Below are positions 20,637 to 30,739 of a stretch of DNA of 64,000 nucleotides, one piece after another (the stretch's first letter is position 1; each line of letters begins with the position of its first letter). Under the pieces are notes generated by a model. That model saw only the letters and a program-made list of their open reading frames with translations. It was not told the DNA's origin and searched no databases. The position numbers were made by a program, and so were the translations under genes. This DNA comes from a virus. Where the stretch lies: the UHGV virus genome UHGV-0286546; one strand, given 5' to 3'.

Positions 20637-21062
20637 TTAGAGAACACTGTTATAATAGTCACTACGTAATTCAGCTTCCCAGTCAGCAGAAGATAAATCG
20701 AGAGGGTTTGACGAAGCATTTGATAAAGAAGTGATAAGATTTGTTTTATCAGCTTCTGTCATATAAGGTAAGATGTCAAATTTAGCTTCATTATAATTTT
20801 CGAGTTGTACTAAATCTAAACTATCAATTTCTTCATCACCGTAATCATCAATTGTAGTTACTTCAACATAAACATCGGATTCGAATCTTTGGATACCATC
20901 TTTAACATAAAAGTCATCTTCACTATATCCGTTGTCAAGTAAAAAGGTGCGTAATTGAACATGTTCTTCATCCATAGGAATATTTACAGTCCAAGTGCCA
21001 CTTTTATGATCGTAGGTGTATTCTTTTAATGCTTTTTCAACCAGTGCTCTAAACTTACTCAT
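20637..21062 (-). CDS. Hypothetical acidic protein (141 aa)
   Basis: Complete ORF with an Asp/Glu-rich centre. No motif. Confidence 0.3.
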   Translation of the reverse strand: MSKFRALVEKALKEYTYDHKSGTWTVNIPMDEEHVQLRTFLLDNGYSEDDFYVKDGIQRFESDVYVEVTTIDDYGDEEIDSLDLVQLENYNEAKFDILPYMTEADKTNLITSLSNASSNPLDLSSADWEAELRSDYYNSVL

Positions 21063-21080
21063 TATATATGTACCTTGTTT

Positions 21081-22664
21081 TTAATTGTTAAACCAGTCGC
21101 GTGTAATTTGTTTATATGGATTTGAGAAGCGTAATCCTGTTGTACCAGGTTTTGTTCTTGGATTATCTTCAAATGGAATAAAGATTTGATAAGAGATACC
21201 GTTAAATCCATTGCTTGTTCTAATGGCCTTTACTTGATATCTGGGGTCTACTGCCTTCAATGCCTTATCGACTAATAGATTTCTCTTTTCGAATGACTGT
21301 GGGGCCAAAAAAAGTGCCTTTAAATCGATTCCTTCAAAGTCAGCAGAGTTAGTTCCTTCAATATAGCTCAAAGCGGCCAGAATTTCATCTTTTGTCAATG
21401 GATGGAATTTACCTGCACCACCAAGATTTGAACCCATATTTTGTTTACGAATTGAAGAGGCTTTATCCCATAAATCTAACTTAGGACTTTCGTTTTCTGG
21501 ACGCATTAAAATATCAATTAAATGTTGTGTAGGAATTTGAATTACACGTCCACCTTCATCATAATCTCTTATAAAGAAGTACTCAGGATTATCTAAGTTA
21601 CCGTCTTGAACACCAACGATTAAGAATTTACGTGTTGGTTCTTTATCTTCTTCTGGTAAATCACTGTTATCTTGAACGATGAAAGGAAGACTCATAAACT
21701 CAGGATTCAAACCTAATTTAATAAGAGTTTCTCTAACATCTCTTGCATCCTTATTTATATCTAACTTTTCAGCTTCATCTAATTCCTCAATAGCTTCTTT
21801 TGCAGTTAAAGGTACTCTTTTCATTGCTTGAGGAATAGTATAACCTTTTTTAGTTAATTTATATACATCTTGAATCTTAAATTTATCATAAGAATCAAAA
21901 TCATATAAATCTTTGTTTTCTTCATACCACTGAGCAAAGGCGGTTCTCATATTAGTTTTAGCAACGCCGTATTTGAATGCCCAGTCTGCAGGGTCTTCCG
22001 ATTCACCTTTTAATAAATGATCGTAAATGTTTCTGTTTAAAGGTGATTTAATAATTTCAAGAAAACGTTTGGCAGGCATTTCCATAATTTCGCCGTCTTT
22101 AATAAACTGTCTACCATCTTCTGTTTCATCTACTAATTTTGTAACTACTTTTACTTTACCACTATCTAAATTCTTTTTATCGATACCTTGCAGTTGGAAA
22201 ACAATTTTATCACCGGCTTTTGTTTCATAACGCCAAAGTCTCTTGCTGTATAAAATGTTTGGATGAATACCATATTTAATCAGTTGAGTTAATTCTTCAT
22301 CACTGATTGCATTTTTATATCCATAATAAATAGAAGGGTCTGCAATATCTTGATGTCTTGGTAATTTGACATTAGCTTCTATAATTTTATTACATTTTTC
22401 TCTAAAGCTCGTGTTTTTCTTAGATTCAATCATTTTTTCTAATCTATCCTTTGCAGAAGCTAAATATTCATGTGGTTTTTCATTATAACCATCTTTAGGC
22501 TTCATATAATTGTTTAAAGTACGTAAAGCCAATTCTTCGTCACCTTTACAATCTTTAACTAATCCATCAACAAAGCCTTCAACAGGAAGCTTAAATAAAT
22601 CTCTAGAAATACCAAGAAATGCGTCTTTTCTTGTTTCTAATTCAGATTCTTTAGTTGTTTGCAT
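21081..22664 (-). CDS. Hypothetical protein (527 aa), structural-module associated
   Basis: Stop/start-coupled to the upstream 844-aa gene (shared nucleotide 22664). No recognised catalytic motif. Tail sheath cannot be confirmed or excluded by eye. Confidence 0.3.
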   Translation of the reverse strand: MQTTKESELETRKDAFLGISRDLFKLPVEGFVDGLVKDCKGDEELALRTLNNYMKPKDGYNEKPHEYLASAKDRLEKMIESKKNTSFREKCNKIIEANVKLPRHQDIADPSIYYGYKNAISDEELTQLIKYGIHPNILYSKRLWRYETKAGDKIVFQLQGIDKKNLDSGKVKVVTKLVDETEDGRQFIKDGEIMEMPAKRFLEIIKSPLNRNIYDHLLKGESEDPADWAFKYGVAKTNMRTAFAQWYEENKDLYDFDSYDKFKIQDVYKLTKKGYTIPQAMKRVPLTAKEAIEELDEAEKLDINKDARDVRETLIKLGLNPEFMSLPFIVQDNSDLPEEDKEPTRKFLIVGVQDGNLDNPEYFFIRDYDEGGRVIQIPTQHLIDILMRPENESPKLDLWDKASSIRKQNMGSNLGGAGKFHPLTKDEILAALSYIEGTNSADFEGIDLKALFLAPQSFEKRNLLVDKALKAVDPRYQVKAIRTSNGFNGISYQIFIPFEDNPRTKPGTTGLRFSNPYKQITRDWFNN

Positions 22665-25198
22665 TAGTCAATATCCTCCAGAGATTCTAATGATAATTCT
22701 TTACTTGCACTGTTATAATAAGCATCTTTTAATCTTGTAAGAAAACCCATATTACGTAATTTTTTAAATAAGGCATTACCTGCACCAAATTCGCCTTCTT
22801 TGGCAAGACTATCTTTACGTAATTGACCTAAAAATTTCCATAATTCACCAATTACAGAAGAGTCTTTACTTTGAATAGCATTTTCAATTTTACTTGTTAT
22901 ACTATTGAAAACAGGCATGTCAGGATCAGCTATTTCAATTTCTGCATTATTCGGTTGTTTTACCCATTGATCTTTTAATACAGAATAAATACCAGATGTA
23001 ACAAGTGGTTTATCTTTATTTTCTGCGCCTACTTCTACAGGAATACCTTTAATAGTAATCTTATAGTTGCTATTAAATACTTTTTTCGCTGCCTGCAAAT
23101 ATTTTTCTACAATTTCAGCATGTATACCAACGTTTTCAAAATCATAAACTAAATGTAAATCAATATCGCTTTGATCATTGTAGTTATAATTAGCGCAACT
23201 ACCTGTAAAATAAATATCAACAGGAGCAATAGGTAAATCTAAACTTTCTTCAAATTTATTAGCGACTTCGAGTAATGCAGCTTTAACGTCTTTTTTTAAT
23301 TTATCGTTTTCGAATAAATTTGGGTTTAATTCAGAATGTGTATAAGCTTCTTCCATACTATCTTCTGTTATTTTACCACCAACAGACATAATTCCACCTC
23401 GAACCATAGTATCTTGATTTTGTGGAGTAGTAATGGCAGCACTTACAACATCGTTTACAGCCGCTTCAGTTTTTGTAGGTTTTTCATTTAGCTTTTCTTT
23501 TGCTGCGGCATCTAACTTTCTGTAATATTCACTAGGACGTGCATTATAATAAGCTCTTACATCAACAATACTTTCTAATTCAGGTTTCTCTTTCATTGTA
23601 TTTTTGAAAATGTCAATATTCATTTTATTAACATCTTCTTCTGAAAAACCTTTATCCATATTTACAAGAAGTTGATTCATTGTACTTACAGCATCAGATT
23701 GTTTTATTGGATCGCTATGCCTACTGTTTACCTGTAAGTTATGTGTATCTAAATTATTTTTGCTTATATTTGCGTAGTTAGTACTTCTAGTAGGATTCAA
23801 TCTGACTTGTTTTTGAGGATTAATTACTTTTACAGGCTCTTGTTTATTCATTTTTTGATAAAGTCTTTGTAATTTAGCTTGATCTACATGTTTTTTATCC
23901 AATCTAGCTAAGAAAGAATCTTCAGAAGAACCACCGTGAATTGGATTACCTGGTACAGGAGTTCTGTTGTTTGAAATATCATTAAGTAATTTATCTTCGT
24001 AATTTTTCTGACCAAGAGGAGTATCTACATTATTTGTTTTAATGAGTTTACGTTCTTTTGCAGTCGCTTTAATTTGATTTAACTCTTGGTTTAATTCTCT
24101 TTGCATGGATCTCTGTTCATCTGGAGTCCATCTATTAACATGTGCGTATGCTTCTAAGTCCCAAAGTTGCTGCTTGATTTCTTTCATTCTAACTTGTTCT
24201 TCGGGAGTATATTTTATTGTATTATCATCAACAACAACTTTTAATTGTTTTCTGAGTGTAGCAATTTTTTGGTTAAGTGCCGCAATCTGTGTATGAATAC
24301 CGCGAATTTCTTCTGGACTTGCGCCTTGTTCTTTCTTTTCTTTGGCGAGGGCTAATAATTCTTTTACTTTATCACCTGACGCACGAACTTGTGTTGCTAA
24401 ACTATGTTGTAAATCACCACTATTAACAGTATCAACAAAATCAACATTTTTTACAACGTTTCTATAAATTGTACCTAATTGTTCAGTTGTCATAATATCA
24501 GGATTATGCCTGTCATCATCCAAGAACAAAGCGAGAGCTGGATATTTATCACCAAAACCATTTGTTTTATAATGATACCACAATTCACGAATAAATTTAG
24601 GATCGTTGAATTTTTTTAAACCTGTTGCACTATCTCTTGTTAAAATACTAGTAACAAATGGCTTATTTTTTCTTTTTTCTGGAATATTACCATTATAACC
24701 AACTGGGTAAACCTTTACTGTATGTTCTGTCGTATAATCTTCTTTACGAGCATTGTGTCTTCTTTCTAATTCTTCGTAATTAAAAGCTTCAATAAGTTTT
24801 TCGTTAGTCATAACAGATTCAAACCACCCATTAGTAGGCTTTCCTTTACTTTGCGGATCACCTTTTCTTGTTTCACGGTTGATACTAGGAATATCATTTA
24901 ATAATTTTACATAATAGTCAGATAATACATTATTACCACGCCATTTTGAAAAAGCAGTACTGAACATTAAATATGTAGTAATATCATCTGGAGCATTGTC
25001 TTCAATCCACTCAAAGATAGAAGATTCAAAACATTTACGAAGAATCAAACCGCGCTTTTTAGCTTTTTCATAGAAATCTTTTTTATCTCGAAACATACCT
25101 TTAATAATTTTAAAAGCATTATTTTCTTTATCGAGAACTATACCTGTATAAGATTCAAAATTGGATTTATCTGAATATTCTAAAAGATTATTATTCAT
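22664..25198 (-). CDS. Large coiled-coil protein with C-terminal nucleotidyltransferase-fold (Pol-beta-like) domain
   Basis: 844 aa with a long central K/E/Q-rich coiled-coil region. The C-terminal region contains YFTGSCANYNYNDQSDIDLHLVYDF, matching the minimal nucleotidyltransferase signature hG[GS]-x(9-13)-DhDh. Confidence 0.5.
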   Translation of the reverse strand: MNNNLLEYSDKSNFESYTGIVLDKENNAFKIIKGMFRDKKDFYEKAKKRGLILRKCFESSIFEWIEDNAPDDITTYLMFSTAFSKWRGNNVLSDYYVKLLNDIPSINRETRKGDPQSKGKPTNGWFESVMTNEKLIEAFNYEELERRHNARKEDYTTEHTVKVYPVGYNGNIPEKRKNKPFVTSILTRDSATGLKKFNDPKFIRELWYHYKTNGFGDKYPALALFLDDDRHNPDIMTTEQLGTIYRNVVKNVDFVDTVNSGDLQHSLATQVRASGDKVKELLALAKEKKEQGASPEEIRGIHTQIAALNQKIATLRKQLKVVVDDNTIKYTPEEQVRMKEIKQQLWDLEAYAHVNRWTPDEQRSMQRELNQELNQIKATAKERKLIKTNNVDTPLGQKNYEDKLLNDISNNRTPVPGNPIHGGSSEDSFLARLDKKHVDQAKLQRLYQKMNKQEPVKVINPQKQVRLNPTRSTNYANISKNNLDTHNLQVNSRHSDPIKQSDAVSTMNQLLVNMDKGFSEEDVNKMNIDIFKNTMKEKPELESIVDVRAYYNARPSEYYRKLDAAAKEKLNEKPTKTEAAVNDVVSAAITTPQNQDTMVRGGIMSVGGKITEDSMEEAYTHSELNPNLFENDKLKKDVKAALLEVANKFEESLDLPIAPVDIYFTGSCANYNYNDQSDIDLHLVYDFENVGIHAEIVEKYLQAAKKVFNSNYKITIKGIPVEVGAENKDKPLVTSGIYSVLKDQWVKQPNNAEIEIADPDMPVFNSITSKIENAIQSKDSSVIGELWKFLGQLRKDSLAKEGEFGAGNALFKKLRNMGFLTRLKDAYYNSASKELSLESLEDID

Positions 25199-25274
25199 TG
25201 TAATATCGTTTCCTAGTATGCTTTTATAACTAGAACTTTATATTAATTTTTAGACTGATTTTTTAATATTTATA

Positions 25275-25634
25275 TTATTCTTGAGTTAGTTTTTCAAGAG
25301 TAAGTACCGGAATTTTTAAGACAGAAAGAATAAAAGCCTTAACATCATCAGTTAAATTATTGTCAAAAATACTTTCTACAGTCGATAAATAATTATAATC
25401 TTCTTCTGAAATATAGCCTTTTATTTTAGACAATGTAATTCTATCTAGTTTTAATCCACGAATAGTATTTGTCATTAAAAACTCTAACTTGGTTCTCGGT
25501 TTTTTCATAATATAACCGAAGGCTCTATTCCATGCTTTGCCTTCTTCTGCAGACTTTGTCTTTACTTTTACTTTTACGTTAATAGATACCTTTGGAATTT
25601 TTCTATCATCACCGAAAATATTTAAATGTCTCAT
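25275..25634 (-). CDS. Hypothetical protein (119 aa)
   Basis: Complete ORF overlapping the next by 4 nt. Confidence 0.3.
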   Translation of the reverse strand: MRHLNIFGDDRKIPKVSINVKVKVKTKSAEEGKAWNRAFGYIMKKPRTKLEFLMTNTIRGLKLDRITLSKIKGYISEEDYNYLSTVESIFDNNLTDDVKAFILSVLKIPVLTLEKLTQE

Positions 25635-25990
25635 ATAAAATAGTCTCCTTTATCAATACCATATAATTTATTTTCAAAATCTATTTCTGTGTCTAACCAA
25701 CCTTGAGCAGCTGCGGCACTAAAATATTTTGAAAAGTTATCTTCAAATTTTGGCTCTTTATCTACAATTTGTTTAACGATGTCTTTATCAAAATCAATTA
25801 AAAGCTTTTTTTCACTATTTAAAGCATTCAATATTTTTTTAATATAGTCTTCGTTAAAGCTTTGAAATAATAAATTGTGAAACTTAAAATAATCCATATA
25901 CGTTTGTTTTTCTTCAAGTTTATTAGTCAAACGTATCTTTTCATATTTCTTTTCAACAATATATATGCCACGAATTACTTTATCAGTCAT
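25631..25990 (-). CDS. Hypothetical protein (119 aa)
   Basis: Complete ORF overlapping its neighbours by 4 and 8 nt. Confidence 0.3.
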   Translation of the reverse strand: MTDKVIRGIYIVEKKYEKIRLTNKLEEKQTYMDYFKFHNLLFQSFNEDYIKKILNALNSEKKLLIDFDKDIVKQIVDKEPKFEDNFSKYFSAAAAQGWLDTEIDFENKLYGIDKGDYFI

Positions 25991-27773
25991 TTTCTTTCAG
26001 ATACTTCTTTTCACTTTTTAATACTGCTTCTTTTAATGACCTGTCTAAAGAAGTTGTCATTGTATTAAACATTATCTGTAATCCTTTAGCATCAGCATAA
26101 TTTTCTTTCAAGTATTGTTTAGAGGTAACAGAATATGCAACAGTCTCTTCTAATTCTGGTGCAGGTAGTGCAGTTTTAGATTTTAGTTTTTGACCTGTTA
26201 AGAATTTACCTAACTCTTCTGGTGAATCTAAGGTATTAATAGAAACTTTGCTAATAATGAGAGAAGCAATATCTACTGGCATACCCATCTTAATTAAAAA
26301 CTGGAATTTATTTATGTCAGTCATTTCATTGTTCAAATCACTCAAAGACTTAAGTAATTCACAAATATCATTATACTTTGCAATAACATCAGCAGGAATT
26401 TGAATTGGTTCATTTAAGCTTACTTCTACATCCAATTTTGAAACATCATAACCCGCGTGTGTCAATACCTTTTCAACAAGATTCATAATACCATTGACTA
26501 AACCTTTTTTCAACGGAATCAAAGCACGACGTAATTTAAGATCTTGTGCATCTAAGGTCTGAGCTGTAGTAATTACGTCTTCACCTACCAAATAACCTTT
26601 CGGTAAGTTAGAATTACGTAAGATTTTATCTAAGAAATACTGAACGTCTTCGACAGAGCTCAAATCAATGTTAGATTCAATGTGATCAACTTCAACTTTT
26701 TTACCATCGTGAGACATAGGTAAAGTAAGAATAGACATTGCACCCGGAACTTTACGCCCTGCTTTGTTACTATTCATGTCTGTAAAGATAGAGTTTAAAT
26801 ATTGACCTCTAAATTCTTGTAAATAACTATAAGAATCTACAAGATTAATTCCATTTGGCATAGGAACATAAAATACTAAACGCTGAATCTTACTTGCTCG
26901 AGAAATACCTAATAAAGCTTCAAGAGTTGTCAACTGATCAAAAGCAGAACGCATAGACCATAACATAGACTTTCCATAAGGTTCAGTAATTTCATCTGGC
27001 AATAACATGTGTACAAACTGCCAATTCTGCCAAATCTTATACTGTTCACGCGAACTCTTTCTAGTATTTACGTATGCACGTTTTTCAGTTGTTTTATAAT
27101 TAATAGGATTTAAATATTCATCACAATTGACTTCAAAGTTTTTAGGATTAATAAAACTAATAACTAAGTCTTCTAATATATCTAAACGTGAAATATCAAC
27201 TTCTTCATCATCCGTCATCCAATTTTCTAAATAAGGATAAGATAAGGTAAATCCATAATTACCATATTTAGCTAAGGATTTGGTAATATTCGGTAATTTC
27301 TGGTAAATTTTATTCTTATAAAAGACTTTTTCGATTAAAGTTTGTGCTTTTTGATTAGAAATACGAATATTTAACGGATTTTCTACGAATCCTTGTCCTA
27401 ATACTTCTGCAACATATGTATCAAGAATAAGATCGATTTCTGATAAATTCTCTGCCATCAAATCAAATGTCTGATAAGCAGAAAGCATTGTATTATAATT
27501 ACCATCATAGTAAGTATAGGTTGACATAAAATCGTCATAAATACTAAAATCTTCATTATTCAGATTATTATATTTATAAGACAACGGAATACTAACATAC
27601 TCGCCGTTTGCTGTACTACCTACACAGAAGTTATGTTTTTTAGCTAATCCTTTTAATACATCAAAGCTAATACCGGGATTGGTTACAAACAAAATATCAT
27701 TTTCTTTATCATGATAACTGTTCTCAACAATCCGTTTGGCTAAACTTTTAAACATTCTAGAGTCTCTATCCAT
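25983..27773 (-). CDS. Hypothetical large virion protein (596 aa), candidate portal or sheath
   Basis: Size and location in the head/tail junction region. No motif-level support, hence low confidence. Confidence 0.25.
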   Translation of the reverse strand: MDRDSRMFKSLAKRIVENSYHDKENDILFVTNPGISFDVLKGLAKKHNFCVGSTANGEYVSIPLSYKYNNLNNEDFSIYDDFMSTYTYYDGNYNTMLSAYQTFDLMAENLSEIDLILDTYVAEVLGQGFVENPLNIRISNQKAQTLIEKVFYKNKIYQKLPNITKSLAKYGNYGFTLSYPYLENWMTDDEEVDISRLDILEDLVISFINPKNFEVNCDEYLNPINYKTTEKRAYVNTRKSSREQYKIWQNWQFVHMLLPDEITEPYGKSMLWSMRSAFDQLTTLEALLGISRASKIQRLVFYVPMPNGINLVDSYSYLQEFRGQYLNSIFTDMNSNKAGRKVPGAMSILTLPMSHDGKKVEVDHIESNIDLSSVEDVQYFLDKILRNSNLPKGYLVGEDVITTAQTLDAQDLKLRRALIPLKKGLVNGIMNLVEKVLTHAGYDVSKLDVEVSLNEPIQIPADVIAKYNDICELLKSLSDLNNEMTDINKFQFLIKMGMPVDIASLIISKVSINTLDSPEELGKFLTGQKLKSKTALPAPELEETVAYSVTSKQYLKENYADAKGLQIMFNTMTTSLDRSLKEAVLKSEKKYLKEND

Positions 27774-27780
27774 TGTCTTT

Positions 27781-28251
27781 TTATTCCCAATCTAAATGAA
27801 TATGTACATCAAATACATTACCGGTTACTTTATCTACACAAGTAATCTTACCGGATTTATAAGCTAATACAACAAAACCTATTGAATAATTTTCAGAAAG
27901 TATTTGTTCGATTTGTTTAATGATTTGTATACCTTCTGTTGCAGTACACTCAAAATTTGCCCATTTACTATAAATAAGTCTACCACTAATAAAATTTAAT
28001 ACCGGATAGCCTTCTTGCCATTCATCAATAAGAGTGGTTTCAATAAGTATGCCAGAAGCCGTCTCTTTTATAGCATCTATTTGTAAAGTATCTCCTCTTC
28101 CAAAAGGTTTATTACAAACGAGACGTGTTAGTTTACTTCTAGTCCAAAATTCATAACTATGTTTATTATCTAATGCTGATTTATCACTGGCATAGTATGA
28201 AATACAACGAGTACCAATAATATTTTCTAAAGGTTCAAGATTAGTCGACAT
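27781..28251 (-). CDS. Hypothetical protein (156 aa)
   Basis: Complete ORF 8 bp downstream of the preceding gene. Confidence 0.3.
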   Translation of the reverse strand: MSTNLEPLENIIGTRCISYYASDKSALDNKHSYEFWTRSKLTRLVCNKPFGRGDTLQIDAIKETASGILIETTLIDEWQEGYPVLNFISGRLIYSKWANFECTATEGIQIIKQIEQILSENYSIGFVVLAYKSGKITCVDKVTGNVFDVHIHLDWE

Positions 28252-28448
28252 ATTTTATTTACCCATTCAATGATCTACGGATTTTAACATCACCCTCTTT
28301 AGTAACAGTTGCTACACCTAATTTAGAGGCATTGACTTTTTCTAAGAGTTCTTCTTTTGTCATTTCTTCTAATTCTTCATCTAATTTTTCTTCAATGAAT
28401 TCTTTAGTCGATTCAGTAATTATAGTTTTCGTCATTATTATTACTCCT

Positions 28449-28979
28449 TTATCTATTATTTAATCTCAATTGAATTGCATTAGCATTTAATACCATTTTC
28501 TCATTCATCAAAACTGTTTCAGCAGGAGCTAATGGTAATACTGCAATTAATTCGTAATTATACTTTGGTTCTTGGTCTTCATTAGATACGTCAGATTGAA
28601 CTCTTGATTCAGATTCACTACCGGATTCCTCATCATAGAATCTATAATATAACCCAATGTATTTAATTTGGTCTGTACCGGTTGTCCAATCTTCAGTGGC
28701 TTTACTCCAAGAGATAGCATTTTTGTTTCTGATAATTCCGTTAATTGGTTCACTAAACTCTACAGGCTCTTCTAAAATTGTAAATCCTGTTGCTACAGGT
28801 TCTTTAGAAAATACAAAATTCTCGCGATCAAATTCAATACCTAAACCGACATAAATTTCTGAAGACTTATAATTATCGTTAGGCATACCAAAACTATTAT
28901 CTAAAATAGTATCAATAAGCTTAGGAGATAATTCAAAACGTACTACATTTGACATTATTTTTATTTCCTTAAATATCAC
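28449..28979 (-). CDS. Small structural-module protein, paralog A (176 aa)
   Basis: Shares motifs with the adjacent 151-aa protein (EIYVGLG..., ATEDWT...). Overlaps it by 11 nt. Confidence 0.4.
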   Translation of the reverse strand: MIFKEIKIMSNVVRFELSPKLIDTILDNSFGMPNDNYKSSEIYVGLGIEFDRENFVFSKEPVATGFTILEEPVEFSEPINGIIRNKNAISWSKATEDWTTGTDQIKYIGLYYRFYDEESGSESESRVQSDVSNEDQEPKYNYELIAVLPLAPAETVLMNEKMVLNANAIQLRLNNR

Positions 28980-29424
28980 TTAAACTCAATTCAATAGCGC
29001 CAGGAGATAAAATAATAGTCTCTCCTTTCAAAGCTGTTTCAAATCTAGGTAATTTTAATACAACCAAAGGCTTAACTAATTCACCTTCCTCAGTTTCATA
29101 ATCTAATGTATCAAAAATTCCTAACATTTCGATTTTATGAGAAGCATCTGTCCAATCTTCAGTTGCAGTAGTAAATACGACTTCATTCTCATTTGAAATT
29201 ACATTACCATCTGCTCTTCCAAAAATAACACGTGCTCTTTTATAATTACCTAAAGGTCTACCATTAAAAACTTCACTAAAATCTTCGCTGTTTACTAATA
29301 CAGGAGTTTGTGTTAAACCTAATCCAACATATATTTCTTTAGCTTCAGTATTTGACATTTCAAAACCAAAGTACTGTTTTAAAAGGCTATTCATAAAATC
29401 AATTTGCAATCCATATTTTGCCAT
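28969..29424 (-). CDS. Small structural-module protein, paralog B (151 aa)
   Basis: Paralogous to 28449-28979 (EIYVGLGLTQTP / ATEDWTDASHKIEMLG). Could be tube or tube-terminator-like proteins. Confidence 0.4.
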   Translation of the reverse strand: MAKYGLQIDFMNSLLKQYFGFEMSNTEAKEIYVGLGLTQTPVLVNSEDFSEVFNGRPLGNYKRARVIFGRADGNVISNENEVVFTTATEDWTDASHKIEMLGIFDTLDYETEEGELVKPLVVLKLPRFETALKGETIILSPGAIELSLSDI

Positions 29425-29476
29425 TATCTAATTCCTAATCTTTATTTTAAATTCATATAGTAATTTTAACCACTTA

Positions 29477-30610
29477 TTAATTTAGAACAGATACAGTAAC
29501 CTTCTTAGAGGTAAATACTGTTTCCATTCTATAAGCATTAATATATTTTGGCTTAGAAATAACAGGAGTTTCAATCGTTTCTTGATATAAGTCTTCGGTC
29601 CAAGTTGTATATATTAATTTAATTGAAGCATCTCTTATATTTACAACTAATCCTTCGTCCTGATCACCCAATTCAGTATAACCTTTATTTGTATTTAATT
29701 TATATTTAGTTATACTTCCATTCTTATCTACTTCTAATACAGTCATAGAAAGAATTACACTTTGGTCACCGTCTATGTCTGTTAAAATTTCAATAGGTTG
29801 ATCATAATCATCTAATAATTCAAAGCTATCTCCAACCTTAAATCCAGATCCGCCATTTATAATATTCTTTGCTCTATCGTCATAATACAATAATGTAAAG
29901 ATTTGTTCATCATAGCCAATCTGATCAAGCATTTGCTCTTGAACAACATCTTGATAAACTTTAGATACTTTAGACATATTAACACCAGAACGCAAAAACC
30001 AAAGTATACCTTGTGCTCTAATGTCATTGTGATTTATATAATTGTCTACATTGTAATCAAACCAAATCGTACCAATACTAGGATTAGACGAATCAAATAA
30101 TGATTGACGAGCAGGTACACAATTTGCAATACGAGTATATGTCTTACTTCCACTTAATTGTTTTTGTACTGTACCTAAAACAACCCATTCTCTTGCAATT
30201 CTTTCTTCTCTTGCATTATATTCGCTTAAAATAATTCTACTGTTTCTAGGAAGATGTAATTTAGAAGGTATAAGAATCTCTAATGGATAAAGTCCGTCTG
30301 TTCCATCTGCACTCATTCCTTCTTCTGATACATTTTGACGATATTCATTAAATTTAGGTATTACAGTTTCCGTTGTATCTAACCATTCTGTATCCACAAA
30401 GTTTGAATATTCATCTACATTATTTTCTAATAAATCACCAAATTCAGTAACAGGAATTTTAATAAGAACTTTTATACCCCAATTACTAAATAATGCTTCA
30501 TCACGCAAAGCTGCTACATACTCTGCCTGTGAACCAATATAAGCATCTCTCAGGTTAAAACTAGAAAAAGAAGTTTCTTTGAGTCTTGAATTATTTTTAA
30601 TGTTTTTCAT
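29477..30610 (-). CDS. Hypothetical virion protein (377 aa), candidate major head or other abundant structural protein
   Basis: First gene downstream of the strong terminator that follows the groEL-like gene, so it probably has its own promoter. No fold-level evidence. Confidence 0.25.
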   Translation of the reverse strand: MKNIKNNSRLKETSFSSFNLRDAYIGSQAEYVAALRDEALFSNWGIKVLIKIPVTEFGDLLENNVDEYSNFVDTEWLDTTETVIPKFNEYRQNVSEEGMSADGTDGLYPLEILIPSKLHLPRNSRIILSEYNAREERIAREWVVLGTVQKQLSGSKTYTRIANCVPARQSLFDSSNPSIGTIWFDYNVDNYINHNDIRAQGILWFLRSGVNMSKVSKVYQDVVQEQMLDQIGYDEQIFTLLYYDDRAKNIINGGSGFKVGDSFELLDDYDQPIEILTDIDGDQSVILSMTVLEVDKNGSITKYKLNTNKGYTELGDQDEGLVVNIRDASIKLIYTTWTEDLYQETIETPVISKPKYINAYRMETVFTSKKVTVSVLN

Positions 30611-30680
30611 ATTAATTTTTCTTATAAAATGCTAATAGTCTTTAGAACTTAAATAATTAACCTTAAATTTTATTAGCTTA

Positions 30681-30712
30681 ATAAAAAACCCCCGACAATT
30701 GCTCATCGGGGG
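30681..30712 (-). terminator. Rho-independent terminator downstream of the groEL-like gene
   Basis: On the minus strand: CCCCCGA-tgagcaattg-TCGGGGG followed by TTTTTTATTAAGC. The GC-rich 7-bp stem in an AT-rich background is conspicuous. Confidence 0.6.
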
Positions 30713-30739
30713 AAAATACTTTTCAACAAATAAAATAAT

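Noticed and set aside
21081-27773. Assigning tail sheath, portal or large terminase to the 527-, 596- or 844-aa proteins
   Set aside because: No Walker A/B (terminase) or recognisable sheath/portal signatures could be identified by eye. Labels are left as hypothetical or candidate to avoid over-annotation.
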